Of a DNA stretch of 64,000 nucleotides, positions 1 through 9,547 are shown piece by piece. The stretch is from Kiritimatiellia bacterium (GTDB taxonomy: Bacteria > Verrucomicrobiota > Kiritimatiellia > RFP12 > UBA1067), in NCBI GenBank assembly GCA_050949565.1, contig JBMNFY010000017.1, positions 480,001 to 544,000 of the forward strand, read 5' to 3'. Within the stretch, counting starts at the first letter, position 1. Each line of letters opens with the position of its first letter. The notes beneath the pieces are model-generated. The model saw only the letters and a list, made by a program, of their open reading frames with translations. It searched no databases and was not told the DNA's origin. Made by a program: the position numbers and the translations under genes.

Positions 1-2793
1 GTGGAGAACGTCGAGTTCGTGCCCGGGCGGCTCGGCCAGGCCGCAAAGTTCTCCGCGAAGGCGAAGAGTCTGCTCAAATACGCGATCCGGGACAACATGG
101 ATCCTGTCCGCGGAACGGTGATGATGTGGGTGAAGCGCGACTGGGACTTCTCGCTCGAGAAGCAGCCCTGGCGCTCGCTCTTCGCCTATCCGCAACCGGG
201 CGGGCATTGGAAGAACCGCCACGGCTGCGGGGCGCTCTGGCTCTGGTGGCTCGGCAGCACCTTGCGTGCCGATCAGTCTGATCCGGACGATCTCTACACG
301 ACGCGGGAAGTGCCCTGCGACGACAGATGGCTCCACGTCGCGTTCACTTGGGACGAGGAGGGCGTGCGGGTCTACGCGAACGGTCGGGGTGGAGGAAGCA
401 AGGGTGACGGCTATTCGCCGATGCAGCATGCGCTCAGCCAGAGCGAGATGATTGAAGTCGATCGCAGCGGCTTCACAGAGTTCTTTGTCGGGGGGCGCGA
501 GGGACGCGAGATCTTCGACGGTCTCATCGACGACCTGCGTATCTATTCCGCGCCGCTCGCTCCGGAGGAAATCAAAGCGATCTGGGCGGAGGGGGCCGAT
601 CCCGCAGAGTCCATGCCCGAGAAGCCCAACTACGCGGAACTCTTTAAGGATTGGAAGGGGAGTGCCTATTCGCTCGCTCCCCTTGATCGCGCCGGCATAC
701 CCGGCCGGATGACGCTTGTCGAGGAAATGAAGCTCGACAAGTGTCCGCCGGAGGATCGCTTCCGTAGCGTCGGCAGCTACTCCTTCAAGGAACTCGGAGG
801 CGTCAGGTACCTCGAGGCGGATGGTAAGAGCGGCAGCCGTTTCGCGATACGTTTCACGATCGACGTGAAACGTCCGATACACTGCTTCGAGATCGACTAT
901 CCCGACGACACCAACCGCACCGCCGACATCATCATCCAGCCGACCCGTGGCAGCGACTACATCATGCAATGTGGCGTCTTGGCCGGTGATGAATACCCGA
1001 ACACGGGCAAGATCCTCACGCACCGCTGTCTCTATTGGTCACACGCTCCGGAAGTCGCGCTCGTGGTGATGACCGCCCGTGACGGTTCGCCCGCTGCCGT
1101 TTCGGCGGTGCGTCACTATATCGTCGATGCGGACGGCCTCCCGGCGGCTAAAATCAATGAACCCGCGGCGAACAAGGACGGCTGGCGCCGCACGTTCGCG
1201 CTCTACTTCGAGGATCCGGCGATCGGCTACGATTTCGGTCTCCCGAACGAACTCAACGCCACACCGGAGGGCTACGGCAAGCTCATTGACCGTGCCATCG
1301 CCGCAATGAAGTACACGGGGCAGAATCTTTTTGCTTACCCGGGCGCCTGGTACCAGGGTCTCATAAACGACGACTATATGCCGCGGCGGCATGCGCCGGA
1401 TTTTCTGAGTGCCTGGTATGAGAAGTTTGACCGGATCGGTCTCGGGGTCGTGCCGACTGTGAACCTCAACAACATGCCGGTGAAGCCGGGGCTCGTGACG
1501 CGGGAGACGATGTCCGACGGCTCGCTCCACCCGACGCCGATCGCGATCCATGACACCGGCAAGCCCAATTGGGGGAAGTGGCACGACACGCCGCCGAACT
1601 TTAATTTCGGTCATGCCGAAGTCAGGAAGTACATCGAGTCGATCGTCGACGCGCTCCTCGCTCAAGGCAGGGATCATCCGTCCTTCAAGGGTATCTGCAT
1701 GCACATGACCCGCCACTGCCTTCTGTGGTTCGGCGATGAGGAGTCGGGATACAACGACTATTGCATCGAAGAATTTGTTGGGAGTTTGGGAGATTGGAAC
1801 GTTGAGAAGTTGAAAGGTTTGAAAGGGGTGGATCGGAGCGATCCGCTTCGCGGCAAGGTCTACGCCGCGACGCTGCGGGCCGATCCTGTTCTGTGGGAGA
1901 AGTGGCTCAAGTGGCGGTGTGACCGGATGACGGAGTTTTACGCGGGCATCGCGGCGAAATTGCGCACGGCGCGTCCCGACCTCAAGCTCTGGCTCAACAG
2001 CTTCGTGCCGGCGAACTATAACCATCCCGATTTTCTCCGCCCCGATTTCATGCGACGGGCGAATATTGCGTGCGGACTGGACGGTCCCGCGCTCACAAAG
2101 GCGGCGCCGAATCTCATCCTCTGTCAGACGATGGTGCCCGCCGACTACCGCCACATCTGGCGCGGTGCCTACAAGCTCCCCGGCGCGTACGAACACCAAC
2201 GTATCCTCGACGAACTGCCCGGTTTCTACGATCTGCTCAACGGGGCGGATTATCCGTGGGTCAACCAACACGACCGCTACTGGGAATCGGCGATCGGCCG
2301 TGGCGCGAAGGGGGCGAAGAACACGCTCTCGTGCGAGTGGATGGATGAATGTCCCTGGCGGGTCTCGACGCTCAATCCCGCCGGACGCCACGCGCTGAAA
2401 CATTTTGTCGAACCGTTCCGTTACCACGACGTGCTCGGCATGTCCAAGGGCGGGTTCCTCATCGGCACCTACGGCATGGAGGACGAACTTGTGCCGTTCA
2501 TTCAGGCTTTCCGTGCACTTCCGGCGGTAGTGATGAAGGATGTCGAGAAGTTGGGGGGCTGCGAGGTCGGGACGTTGAGAGCGCAGGGGGTCGTCGTCAG
2601 GGAATGTGAATTTGACGGACGTTCCTATTTCTACATCGCCAACACAGTGTACGCGCCGCGTACGGTGACGATCGCGTTTCCTGCGGGTACGGTCGATCTC
2701 GTCACGGGACGTTCGCTGGCGGCCGATCGGTGCGGGCGACCGGTTGAATTCGTGCTTAAGCCCTATGAGTTTCGTAGCTTTTCGTCACGATAG
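1..2793 (+). CDS. LamG-like jellyroll plus putative TIM-barrel glycoside hydrolase (GHL10/DUF187-like); probably 5'-truncated by the window edge
   Basis: LamG motifs WLHVAFTW and FDGLIDDLRIYSAPL; FEIDYPDD module; GYNDY and W..WRC motifs of GHL10-like proteins. Confidence 0.6.
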   Translation: MENVEFVPGRLGQAAKFSAKAKSLLKYAIRDNMDPVRGTVMMWVKRDWDFSLEKQPWRSLFAYPQPGGHWKNRHGCGALWLWWLGSTLRADQSDPDDLYTTREVPCDDRWLHVAFTWDEEGVRVYANGRGGGSKGDGYSPMQHALSQSEMIEVDRSGFTEFFVGGREGREIFDGLIDDLRIYSAPLAPEEIKAIWAEGADPAESMPEKPNYAELFKDWKGSAYSLAPLDRAGIPGRMTLVEEMKLDKCPPEDRFRSVGSYSFKELGGVRYLEADGKSGSRFAIRFTIDVKRPIHCFEIDYPDDTNRTADIIIQPTRGSDYIMQCGVLAGDEYPNTGKILTHRCLYWSHAPEVALVVMTARDGSPAAVSAVRHYIVDADGLPAAKINEPAANKDGWRRTFALYFEDPAIGYDFGLPNELNATPEGYGKLIDRAIAAMKYTGQNLFAYPGAWYQGLINDDYMPRRHAPDFLSAWYEKFDRIGLGVVPTVNLNNMPVKPGLVTRETMSDGSLHPTPIAIHDTGKPNWGKWHDTPPNFNFGHAEVRKYIESIVDALLAQGRDHPSFKGICMHMTRHCLLWFGDEESGYNDYCIEEFVGSLGDWNVEKLKGLKGVDRSDPLRGKVYAATLRADPVLWEKWLKWRCDRMTEFYAGIAAKLRTARPDLKLWLNSFVPANYNHPDFLRPDFMRRANIACGLDGPALTKAAPNLILCQTMVPADYRHIWRGAYKLPGAYEHQRILDELPGFYDLLNGADYPWVNQHDRYWESAIGRGAKGAKNTLSCEWMDECPWRVSTLNPAGRHALKHFVEPFRYHDVLGMSKGGFLIGTYGMEDELVPFIQAFRALPAVVMKDVEKLGGCEVGTLRAQGVVVRECEFDGRSYFYIANTVYAPRTVTIAFPAGTVDLVTGRSLAADRCGRPVEFVLKPYEFRSFSSR

Positions 2794-2819
2794 TACTTTT
2801 CTTCAGAGCCACCAAACGC

Positions 2820-3866
2820 CTACTCGTCAACGGTTTCGTCGCGTTGATAGATCGGCAACTGGCGGTAGGGAACGGTAAACGCGAGGATCACCATAGCGGT
2901 TTGGTAGTATCGATCCTGTTCGCCTCGCTCCCAGTAACCGTCCGCATGCTGCTTCGGGATCCAAGTGTCGTACATCCAACGCGAAAACTCCTGCCACTCG
3001 CGACCGCCGAGTTGGAACAACCCTTGCGCCGCATAGTACATGCCGTAAAAACAGTATTGCTGCTTCGGTAGTTCCGTGTACTTTTCCATCAGATAGCGGG
3101 CTGCTCGGCCCACAGCGGGATTACCATGCTCGCCGCACAATGAAAGGCAGAGGATACCGGCCCCCGTCAATGTGACCGCATGCGACTGCTGATCGGTATA
3201 GCCGAAGCATCCCTGCTTTTCATCGTGGCGTCGCAACACATATTCCACCGCGCTCTTGATCGCTTCCGGCGGAATGGCCGCACCGTTGAGACGCGCGGAA
3301 CGCAACGCCATCAGCGCCCAACCGCTACATGAAAAATCACTATCACGGGAGTCGGGCTGATAACGCCAGCCGCCTTGATGGTTCTTATCTTTCTCGATCT
3401 TCTGTGCATCGAGGATGATCTTCAAAGCGCGCGGCAGCGTCTGGTCGATCTTGCTCTGAAGCTCGGGACGTACCATGCCGGAGACTTCGGAGAGAAAGAG
3501 CGTGGCGATACAGTGCGAGTACATCTTACCGTCATTTCCGCCGAGATAACCGTCCGCGCGCTGGACCTCGGCAAGGCGCGTGATGATGCGTTCGACCACG
3601 GGGCCGTATGGCTCGGTACCGGGCACATGCCCGCGCGCCAAAAAAGCCATCCCGCAAAGCGCCCAGATGCCCGACGTGTTTTGCGCCATCCCGCCGCTTC
3701 CGAACGTGCCGTCCGGGCGCTGTCCGCGCGCAATCCATTCGAGACCGCGGCTGATCGAGGCGTCGATCTCTGACTCGGTTTGCACGCTTGGCTCCTCTGC
3801 GCCCCATACGGCCAGTGCCGTTCCCATGCCAAGCCACGCAATCGCATAACGACAAAACGTCGTCAT
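2820..3866 (-). CDS. Secreted prenyltransferase/squalene-oxidase-repeat (alpha/alpha-toroid) protein
   Basis: QRPDGTFG, QRADGYLG, GGWRY, QHADGYW repeats; start moved to ATG 3866, which has an AGGAGG RBS and a signal peptide. Confidence 0.8.
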   Translation of the reverse strand: MTTFCRYAIAWLGMGTALAVWGAEEPSVQTESEIDASISRGLEWIARGQRPDGTFGSGGMAQNTSGIWALCGMAFLARGHVPGTEPYGPVVERIITRLAEVQRADGYLGGNDGKMYSHCIATLFLSEVSGMVRPELQSKIDQTLPRALKIILDAQKIEKDKNHQGGWRYQPDSRDSDFSCSGWALMALRSARLNGAAIPPEAIKSAVEYVLRRHDEKQGCFGYTDQQSHAVTLTGAGILCLSLCGEHGNPAVGRAARYLMEKYTELPKQQYCFYGMYYAAQGLFQLGGREWQEFSRWMYDTWIPKQHADGYWERGEQDRYYQTAMVILAFTVPYRQLPIYQRDETVDE

Positions 3867-3970
3867 TATCTTCCCCCTCCTATGACGGTCGATATCCATT
3901 CCGATTCGCCCAGTGTAGCGCGATCGGCCGGGAGGGGCAAGTGCCACTATTTGAGGAATTGAGCGCGAAA

Positions 3971-4326
3971 TCAAACAATTGGATAGCCTGACGCACCTTC
4001 CCGCTGACGACAATGGGCAACCGCCCGAAGTACGGTATCAAGCACAATATCAAGCCGTTCGCACACGTCTTCAGCCAGTATGCGCACCACCATGAATCCA
4101 TGCTCCTGCAAGCGCAGGTCTTTGGCGCGGTCGCGCCGGTAGGCTTCGCTGTCACCCAGATGTTGTGCGGCAGCACGATCCGATAGCCGATCATTTCATA
4201 TCCGCGACAGCGGCGCGCATACACATCTTCGCGGCCTCTGAACAGCGACCGGAACAGCGCAATCTTGGCGTCAGGCGGCGACATCCTGTTCAGCTGCGAT
4301 AGTTCGGCTCGTGATTTGTATAGCAT
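3971..4326 (-). pseudogene. Internally deleted remnant of a TOTE-type primase/DEAD helicase/DUF559 endonuclease gene
   Basis: KIALFRSLFRGREDVYARR joined to CRGYEMIGYRIVLP, then in another frame QHLGDSEAYRRDRAKDLRLQEHGFMVVRILAEDVCERLDIVLDTVLRA. Confidence 0.75.
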
Positions 4327-4506
4327 TGCTTTTCTTGATAACGCAGAGACGCAGGAACACAGAATAGCGGCGTGACCGCCGCCGGTCAAGCAGACGCTTG
4401 ACCCTCCCGGCGCTTCGCAAGCCGGATCACAGATCGGGAGGGCGAGCGTCCCCCAAAAAAACCTCTGCGTCTCTGCGCCTCTGCGTTAAATAAACCCGAG
4501 CCATGC
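4322..4506. repeat. Composite dispersed element: 9-mer inverted arms enclosing a REP-like doublet
   Basis: TAACGCAGAGACGCAG ... CTCTGCGTCTCTGCGCCTCTGCGTTA; core closely matches 13532-13686; tail TCTGCGTTAAATAAACCCGAGCCATGCC also near 9390. Confidence 0.85.
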
Positions 4507-4529
4507 CTTTCCGTGTTCCGTGTCTATTT

Positions 4530-7500
4530 CTACCACGGCCAGAGCGAGGGCGACTCATAGACCTTGACCAGCTTGATGAGTGCACGGTCATGCCCCGCGC
4601 TTGTAAACGCGACGCGGGTGGTACCGGAGCGGAGCAACGGCACGTCTTGCGACAGGCGTCCCTCGGCCAGCATCTCGCGCTTGGCGTTCAAGACCCGCCA
4701 CGACCGGCGGTCACGGCAGATCAGGCGCTCGCCGGCTTTGAGCGTCACCGGGAAGTGCACCGTCTGTCCGCCGATGGTCAGTCGCGGCTCAGCCATCGCG
4801 CCGCACAACTCAATCTCCAATGCGGCGCGCTCGCCGGGCCGTACTGCCACATCCCAACCGACACGACCGACGTCGTTTGATGCCAGCGCCACACGCGGCA
4901 TCTCGTACTCGCGCTTAAGTTGCGTCCAGTCGACCGCGCGGCGCGACCGCCGCGTTCCAAACGGCTCGCCGAAGGTCGTCACCGAGACTTCGGCGCGGCC
5001 ACCCGCGCAGGTCAGTGCATTGGCCCCCGACCGCATATCCGGCCAGATTTCCGCCGCGCACTCCACACGCGCAAGCGGCTCGCCCCGCTCGCTGTAGTGT
5101 GTGAAGATTCCGTCCGGTTCCAGTTCGGCGAACTCGCCGGAAGCCAACGTGAACGGCACGGTCAGGCGTTGGCCGTTGACGGTCAGTGACGGCCGATCCA
5201 ACTTGACCGGCTTGACCGGCAGCGCCTGCACGGGGCTTACGATTACATCCACGCCGCCGCCCGGCGGCACTGCGTTGAGATAGAGGCTGACCTGCGCAAT
5301 GTGCGCCATGTCCAGATTCGTGCGGAACAACGCATGCGAGCCGGTTCCCCGGTAGGGCCAGACAAACTCGTCGAGGCGGGCGGTGTCGCGCTCGCGCGCC
5401 AACAGCGTCACATAGCGCCAGCCGGTAAAATCGAGCGTGACGTAGTGATCCGACATCGCGCCCATGAATTCACGCGGACATCTGAGTTGCAGGTTGAGCA
5501 ACGCGCCCGAGCCGTCGCCCTTGACCCACAGCCCGAAGGCACCGGTGCCGCCGATGTGACGATAAGGCGCGGGGAAGGTCAGCGTCGCACACGCCCAAGC
5601 ACCGGTCACCGTCGTACCGCGGTTTTCCGCGCGCAGCCGCAGGTTTCGCGGACCACCGCGCGTGTCATCGGTCACCTCGGAAACGCCGAGTCGCACGGAT
5701 GAAGCCGTGGTGGTCTTGAACGCCGCAAACTCTTCTGCACTCACCAGCGGTTTAACGCCGGGCGCGTTTGTTGGCGCGGCGGTGTAGAGCGCCTCCACGC
5801 GCACGCAGAGCGGCTGCCGCGCCGCCGGATTCACGACCTGCCAAGCAGCGGAGCCGTCATCCGGGCCGGTGATGCGCTGCGTATGCATCGTGACCGGCGT
5901 GAAGCGCCACTCGCCGTCGGCGTTTTGCCGCAGACGAAACTCGGCACCGGCCCCGACGAGACGCGCCACAGTGGCATCATCGAAGTATCGCGCCAGGCGC
6001 AAATGCTCGTACCAGCCCAGTAGCGTGAATTGACGTTCCAGATGGACCGGCAACGGCGCGTTGTTGACATTGACGCCCTGAATGGACATCGCGGCGTCCA
6101 GCGAGAGATTCTTGCAGGCGAAGTACTCCATCTCGTCCAGATGGTGGCCGCGCGCGAACGACGTCGCCATGCGTGGTGCCCACCACCCCATCTGCGGCCC
6201 GAGCAGATCGGTTTTGCGATACCGCTCGCACACCCTGACATGATCGTCGTGGAAAAGCTTCGCCGCCCAGACCGGATGATCCCAAGTGCCCAGCCGCGAA
6301 TGGAACCACCAGTTGTGTGCGCCGTAACAGCTCGCCTCGATCACCGGGTCGCCATTCAGGCGGCGCATGATGTTGTGGCGCATGGCGTCGATGCCGTAGC
6401 GGCTCATCATGCCTTCGGAACCGTCGAAGTAGAGCTGGTCCAACTTGCAGGTGTTAAACACATGCGCGATGCACGCCGAAAGCTCGTCGGCCAACGGCGA
6501 GTCAGGCTGCGGGTAGAAGGCGATGTAGCGTTGCTGCAGATAGTCGGCCTGCGCACCTGCGGCATGGGCGGCGGGACGTGTTTTGAAAGCGCCGCGCGTG
6601 CAGGCTTTGAAAGCGTAAGGCTGTTCGCGCGAGATTTCGGTGTACTGAATGATCTCGCTGCCGATGCGGATCGCATTGCCGTTGCCGGAGTAGGTGAAGA
6701 CCGTGTCGTGACGCGCCGAGGGCGGCTCGTTGACGTATAGCACGGTGTCGGTCGGCGAGAGCGCACGAGCCAGCGTATAGCTGTCGAACGGAATCAGGTG
6801 CGGGCTCGCCTCCGGCGTGATCCACGAGTCGCGCGGATCGATGCACGCGGTCAGGGTGTGGATGCCGGCACGCAGTCCGGCATCATGGATGCGGGCGACC
6901 GCGTCCTGCATGTCAGGCAGACCGCGCGGGTAATAGTTGGTGCGCACCGCATAATGGCCGAGCGTCTGCCACCAGCCGTGCAGGTGGATCGTCGAGAAAC
7001 CGCCGCGCCGCGCGATCTCGATCCAGTCGTCAGTCGCGGCATACGCGAGATCGGCGAAGAGATAAGAGCCGCGCGCCGACTCCGCCTCCAACGCCCAAGG
7101 GCCGCCGCTGCGCGAGAACGGTACGCCCGCATAGAGCGCCATCTCGCGCAGCATCGCCGGCATCTGGTCTTTAGGACCGGCGGCGAGTCCGGCGCGCCAG
7201 CCGGTGAGTCCGTGCTTCGCGGTCGTGGAGACCTGAAGTGCGTTGCCCTGGATTTTGGTTTCAACCGGCAGTTCGTAGCCGCGCAGACAGACGGCGTCGA
7301 TATCATCCGAAAGCATGTTGGCCATGCCGCCGTGATAAGTAGCGGGCGCAGTCGGCAATTCGCAGAAGGTAAGCGCGACCGCATTCGAGAGCGTCAACGC
7401 GCACACCGTGAAGGTCAGGAAATCGCGACGCGCATCGACCTCCAGCACGGCGTCGCCTTGGCCGCGCGGGAAGGAGAAGGTGAGCCGGTTGCCCTGCGCG

Positions 7501-8429
7501 GCGACACGCCGCGCTGTCAGGCTGCGACCGTCCGCCAAGCGCGCGCGCACCAGCGGGGCGGGACGCGCCAGCAGTTCGCGTCCCGATGCCCGATTGCGTA
7601 GCGAGACCGCCTGTCCGGCGGCATCGATCGCCAGTTCGGCGTATCGGGTGCGGAAGCGGGCCTCGGGCGGTTCCGCAGATGCGGCTTCGTCCACCAGCAC
7701 ATACGCGGCGCTGGCGCGATCCTTTGGCGACGCAAGTGCCGCCACTTCCTCACCGGAGAAGGTACGCCCATAGATGCGCAGATCATCGAGCAGGCCGTGG
7801 TGCGAGACTGCCCCGAGCCAACCGCCCAGACGCAGCGCTTGCGCCTCGACCGGATACGACCACGTCGTGCGCCCGACCTGCTTGCCATTCACATAGGTAA
7901 CAAGATTCGGCAACGCGAAGGTCACGCAGAGGTGCGTCCAAGTCCGTTGCGGCAACTGATTGAGCAGAGGCACGCCGGTCTCGGTCCATTGCGGTCCCGC
8001 GCTTCCGGCGCGCGCACCGGGGCGACCGAGCCGGAACGAGCAGGCGGTATCAGAGACAAACAGCATCATGCCGCCCGGACTCCAGTTGTGCGAGGTCAGC
8101 AGGTTCGGGTAGCGGCGCGGCGCGGGATCTTCCCACGTGGCCCAGACGGAGAGAGTGAACTGCGTGGCACCGTTGAGTCCCGGCACAGGCGGCAACTCAG
8201 CAAAGGCATTGGTGCCGCCAAAGTGAACGGCGGTGCCGAACGTGCCGGTGGCCCACCGGAGCTGTGATAGATCAGCCTCCAGCAGATTGTCCGAGCGGTC
8301 GATGGCAAAAGTGCCGCGCCCTTCGTCAAACGGTAGCCAGAGCAACAACGACGGATCCACCGGCTCTGCGGCGTGTCCCCATGCGGCAAACAAACCGCAC
8401 ACCAGCATCATAACAAAGCGACCACGCAT
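4530..8429 (-). CDS. Large secreted LamG-domain protein, putative glycoside hydrolase
   Basis: Signal peptide; LamG (WTHLCVT, GLLDDLRIYGR); central RAGIHT and LYFDGSEG barrel-like motifs; CIA30-like LDFTGWRY module. Confidence 0.6.
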   Translation of the reverse strand: MRGRFVMMLVCGLFAAWGHAAEPVDPSLLLWLPFDEGRGTFAIDRSDNLLEADLSQLRWATGTFGTAVHFGGTNAFAELPPVPGLNGATQFTLSVWATWEDPAPRRYPNLLTSHNWSPGGMMLFVSDTACSFRLGRPGARAGSAGPQWTETGVPLLNQLPQRTWTHLCVTFALPNLVTYVNGKQVGRTTWSYPVEAQALRLGGWLGAVSHHGLLDDLRIYGRTFSGEEVAALASPKDRASAAYVLVDEAASAEPPEARFRTRYAELAIDAAGQAVSLRNRASGRELLARPAPLVRARLADGRSLTARRVAAQGNRLTFSFPRGQGDAVLEVDARRDFLTFTVCALTLSNAVALTFCELPTAPATYHGGMANMLSDDIDAVCLRGYELPVETKIQGNALQVSTTAKHGLTGWRAGLAAGPKDQMPAMLREMALYAGVPFSRSGGPWALEAESARGSYLFADLAYAATDDWIEIARRGGFSTIHLHGWWQTLGHYAVRTNYYPRGLPDMQDAVARIHDAGLRAGIHTLTACIDPRDSWITPEASPHLIPFDSYTLARALSPTDTVLYVNEPPSARHDTVFTYSGNGNAIRIGSEIIQYTEISREQPYAFKACTRGAFKTRPAAHAAGAQADYLQQRYIAFYPQPDSPLADELSACIAHVFNTCKLDQLYFDGSEGMMSRYGIDAMRHNIMRRLNGDPVIEASCYGAHNWWFHSRLGTWDHPVWAAKLFHDDHVRVCERYRKTDLLGPQMGWWAPRMATSFARGHHLDEMEYFACKNLSLDAAMSIQGVNVNNAPLPVHLERQFTLLGWYEHLRLARYFDDATVARLVGAGAEFRLRQNADGEWRFTPVTMHTQRITGPDDGSAAWQVVNPAARQPLCVRVEALYTAAPTNAPGVKPLVSAEEFAAFKTTTASSVRLGVSEVTDDTRGGPRNLRLRAENRGTTVTGAWACATLTFPAPYRHIGGTGAFGLWVKGDGSGALLNLQLRCPREFMGAMSDHYVTLDFTGWRYVTLLARERDTARLDEFVWPYRGTGSHALFRTNLDMAHIAQVSLYLNAVPPGGGVDVIVSPVQALPVKPVKLDRPSLTVNGQRLTVPFTLASGEFAELEPDGIFTHYSERGEPLARVECAAEIWPDMRSGANALTCAGGRAEVSVTTFGEPFGTRRSRRAVDWTQLKREYEMPRVALASNDVGRVGWDVAVRPGERAALEIELCGAMAEPRLTIGGQTVHFPVTLKAGERLICRDRRSWRVLNAKREMLAEGRLSQDVPLLRSGTTRVAFTSAGHDRALIKLVKVYESPSLWPW

Positions 8430-8473
8430 ATTCCCTCCCCTTTTCCATTATCGAGTACCACTGTAGGATGTGC

Positions 8474-8502
8474 ATTGTGCGGGGAATGCGCGAAGGATGC
8501 AA
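8474..8502 (-). promoter_or_regulatory. Putative sigma70 promoter of the LamG gene
   Basis: TTGCAT-17bp-CACAAT on the minus strand. Confidence 0.45.
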
Positions 8503-8517
8503 GCAGAAGTTGCGGCG

Positions 8518-8940
8518 TTACGGGGCTTCTTTTTCGCTGAGTTTTATGCCGTTCTCCTCACACCATTCCTGAAGCGCTTCGCGTTGGACTGCGTTTTCAT
8601 AATCATACCATTGTTGCAACAGACCGCGCTCCTCAAGGAAGTACTTGAACCGTGAGTAAGCACCGGCGCGCCTGAATATGTTGTAGGCCGCGTCTACAGC
8701 ATCCGGAATGGTCGCCCGGACAAAACGGAAAACCAACGACCGACCAAGATCAAGGTCGTTTTTGTTCGGGACATCGACGTATCGCTCCGGCTTACCGTCG
8801 GCTTCTTCGGGAATCTCGTCGATGTCATCCGACGCATAAAAGAATTGATCCGTAACCTTATCGTATACGGCTCGGTTCGTATCTTCAAAGTTACAGATCA
8901 CAAAATAGAACGCTGATTCCAGATCGTCATAAGTTGGCAT
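8518..8940 (-). CDS. UPF0158 family protein
   Basis: DLGRSLVFRFV, FRRAGAYSRFK, WY.YE...QREALQEWCEENGI; GGAGG RBS. Confidence 0.85.
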   Translation of the reverse strand: MPTYDDLESAFYFVICNFEDTNRAVYDKVTDQFFYASDDIDEIPEEADGKPERYVDVPNKNDLDLGRSLVFRFVRATIPDAVDAAYNIFRRAGAYSRFKYFLEERGLLQQWYDYENAVQREALQEWCEENGIKLSEKEAP

Positions 8941-8961
8941 ACACTCCGCCTCCGATTAAGA

Positions 8962-9017
8962 ATTTAACTGCCTGTGCCGCCGCCGGTGGCGGCGTCAGCC
9001 GACAGTCAGGGTCAGAA
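8962..9017 (-). other. Degenerate attC-like site upstream of the UPF0158 gene
   Basis: Minus strand TTCTGAC-CCTGA-CTGTCGGC...GCCGCC-ACC-GGCGGC-GGCACAG-GCA-GTTAAAT. Confidence 0.3.
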
Positions 9018-9147
9018 CCGTACACTGGTAAGAATCCGTGTGTCAAGGCCAAAGGATTCTCAACGCACGATTCCTAACCATGAAAAACATTTTTACACGC
9101 TGCCCAGCCACCGTACTCCGGCTCTTGTCATCGTCTTGCGAAGCGCT

Positions 9148-9243
9148 GGGAGGGGCAAGCGTCTGCTTGCCCGCGGACGAGCGACGCTCGTCCCTCCCAT
9201 CCTTCCGCGTAGCGGAAGACGGCTCGTGAGGACATTCGCCCTC
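9148..9243. repeat. REP-like palindrome cluster (GGGAGG-type)
   Basis: GGGAGGGGCAAGCGTCTGCTTGCCCG followed by the inverted CGGACGAGCGACGCTCGTCCCTCCC and a degenerate third copy. Confidence 0.7.
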
Positions 9244-9327
9244 AAGCTTCGCGCCTCCGCATGAAACAACCGAGCAACGCTTTTGCTCTCACGGTTGCAA
9301 ACCACTGCGTGGCCGCAACAAGAGAGA

Positions 9328-9420
9328 TTGACCCGCGACGTTCGACCCGCGACCTGCGGCTGGAGCAACCCACAAAACAACCTCCGCGCTCTGCGTTAAA
9401 TAAACCCGAGCCATGCCCCC
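9328..9420. repeat. Dispersed ~90 bp repeat, copy 1
   Basis: TTGACCCGCGACGTTCGACCCGCGACCTGCGGCTGGAGCA... nearly identical to 22255-22348. Confidence 0.85.
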
Positions 9421-9547
9421 CAAAAAACTCCGTGCCTCTGTGCCTTCGTGTGCGAAACAACATAACTCCTCATGTGCCGCTTGCATCGCTGGGTGCGGTT
9501 TGTTACTGTTCGCCTGTGTGTAAAAATGGAGACGGGGAGGGAGCGGG

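Noticed and set aside
3880-4389. 169-aa ORF as an intact gene
   Set aside because: Chimera of deleted fragments; the homology switches frame midway
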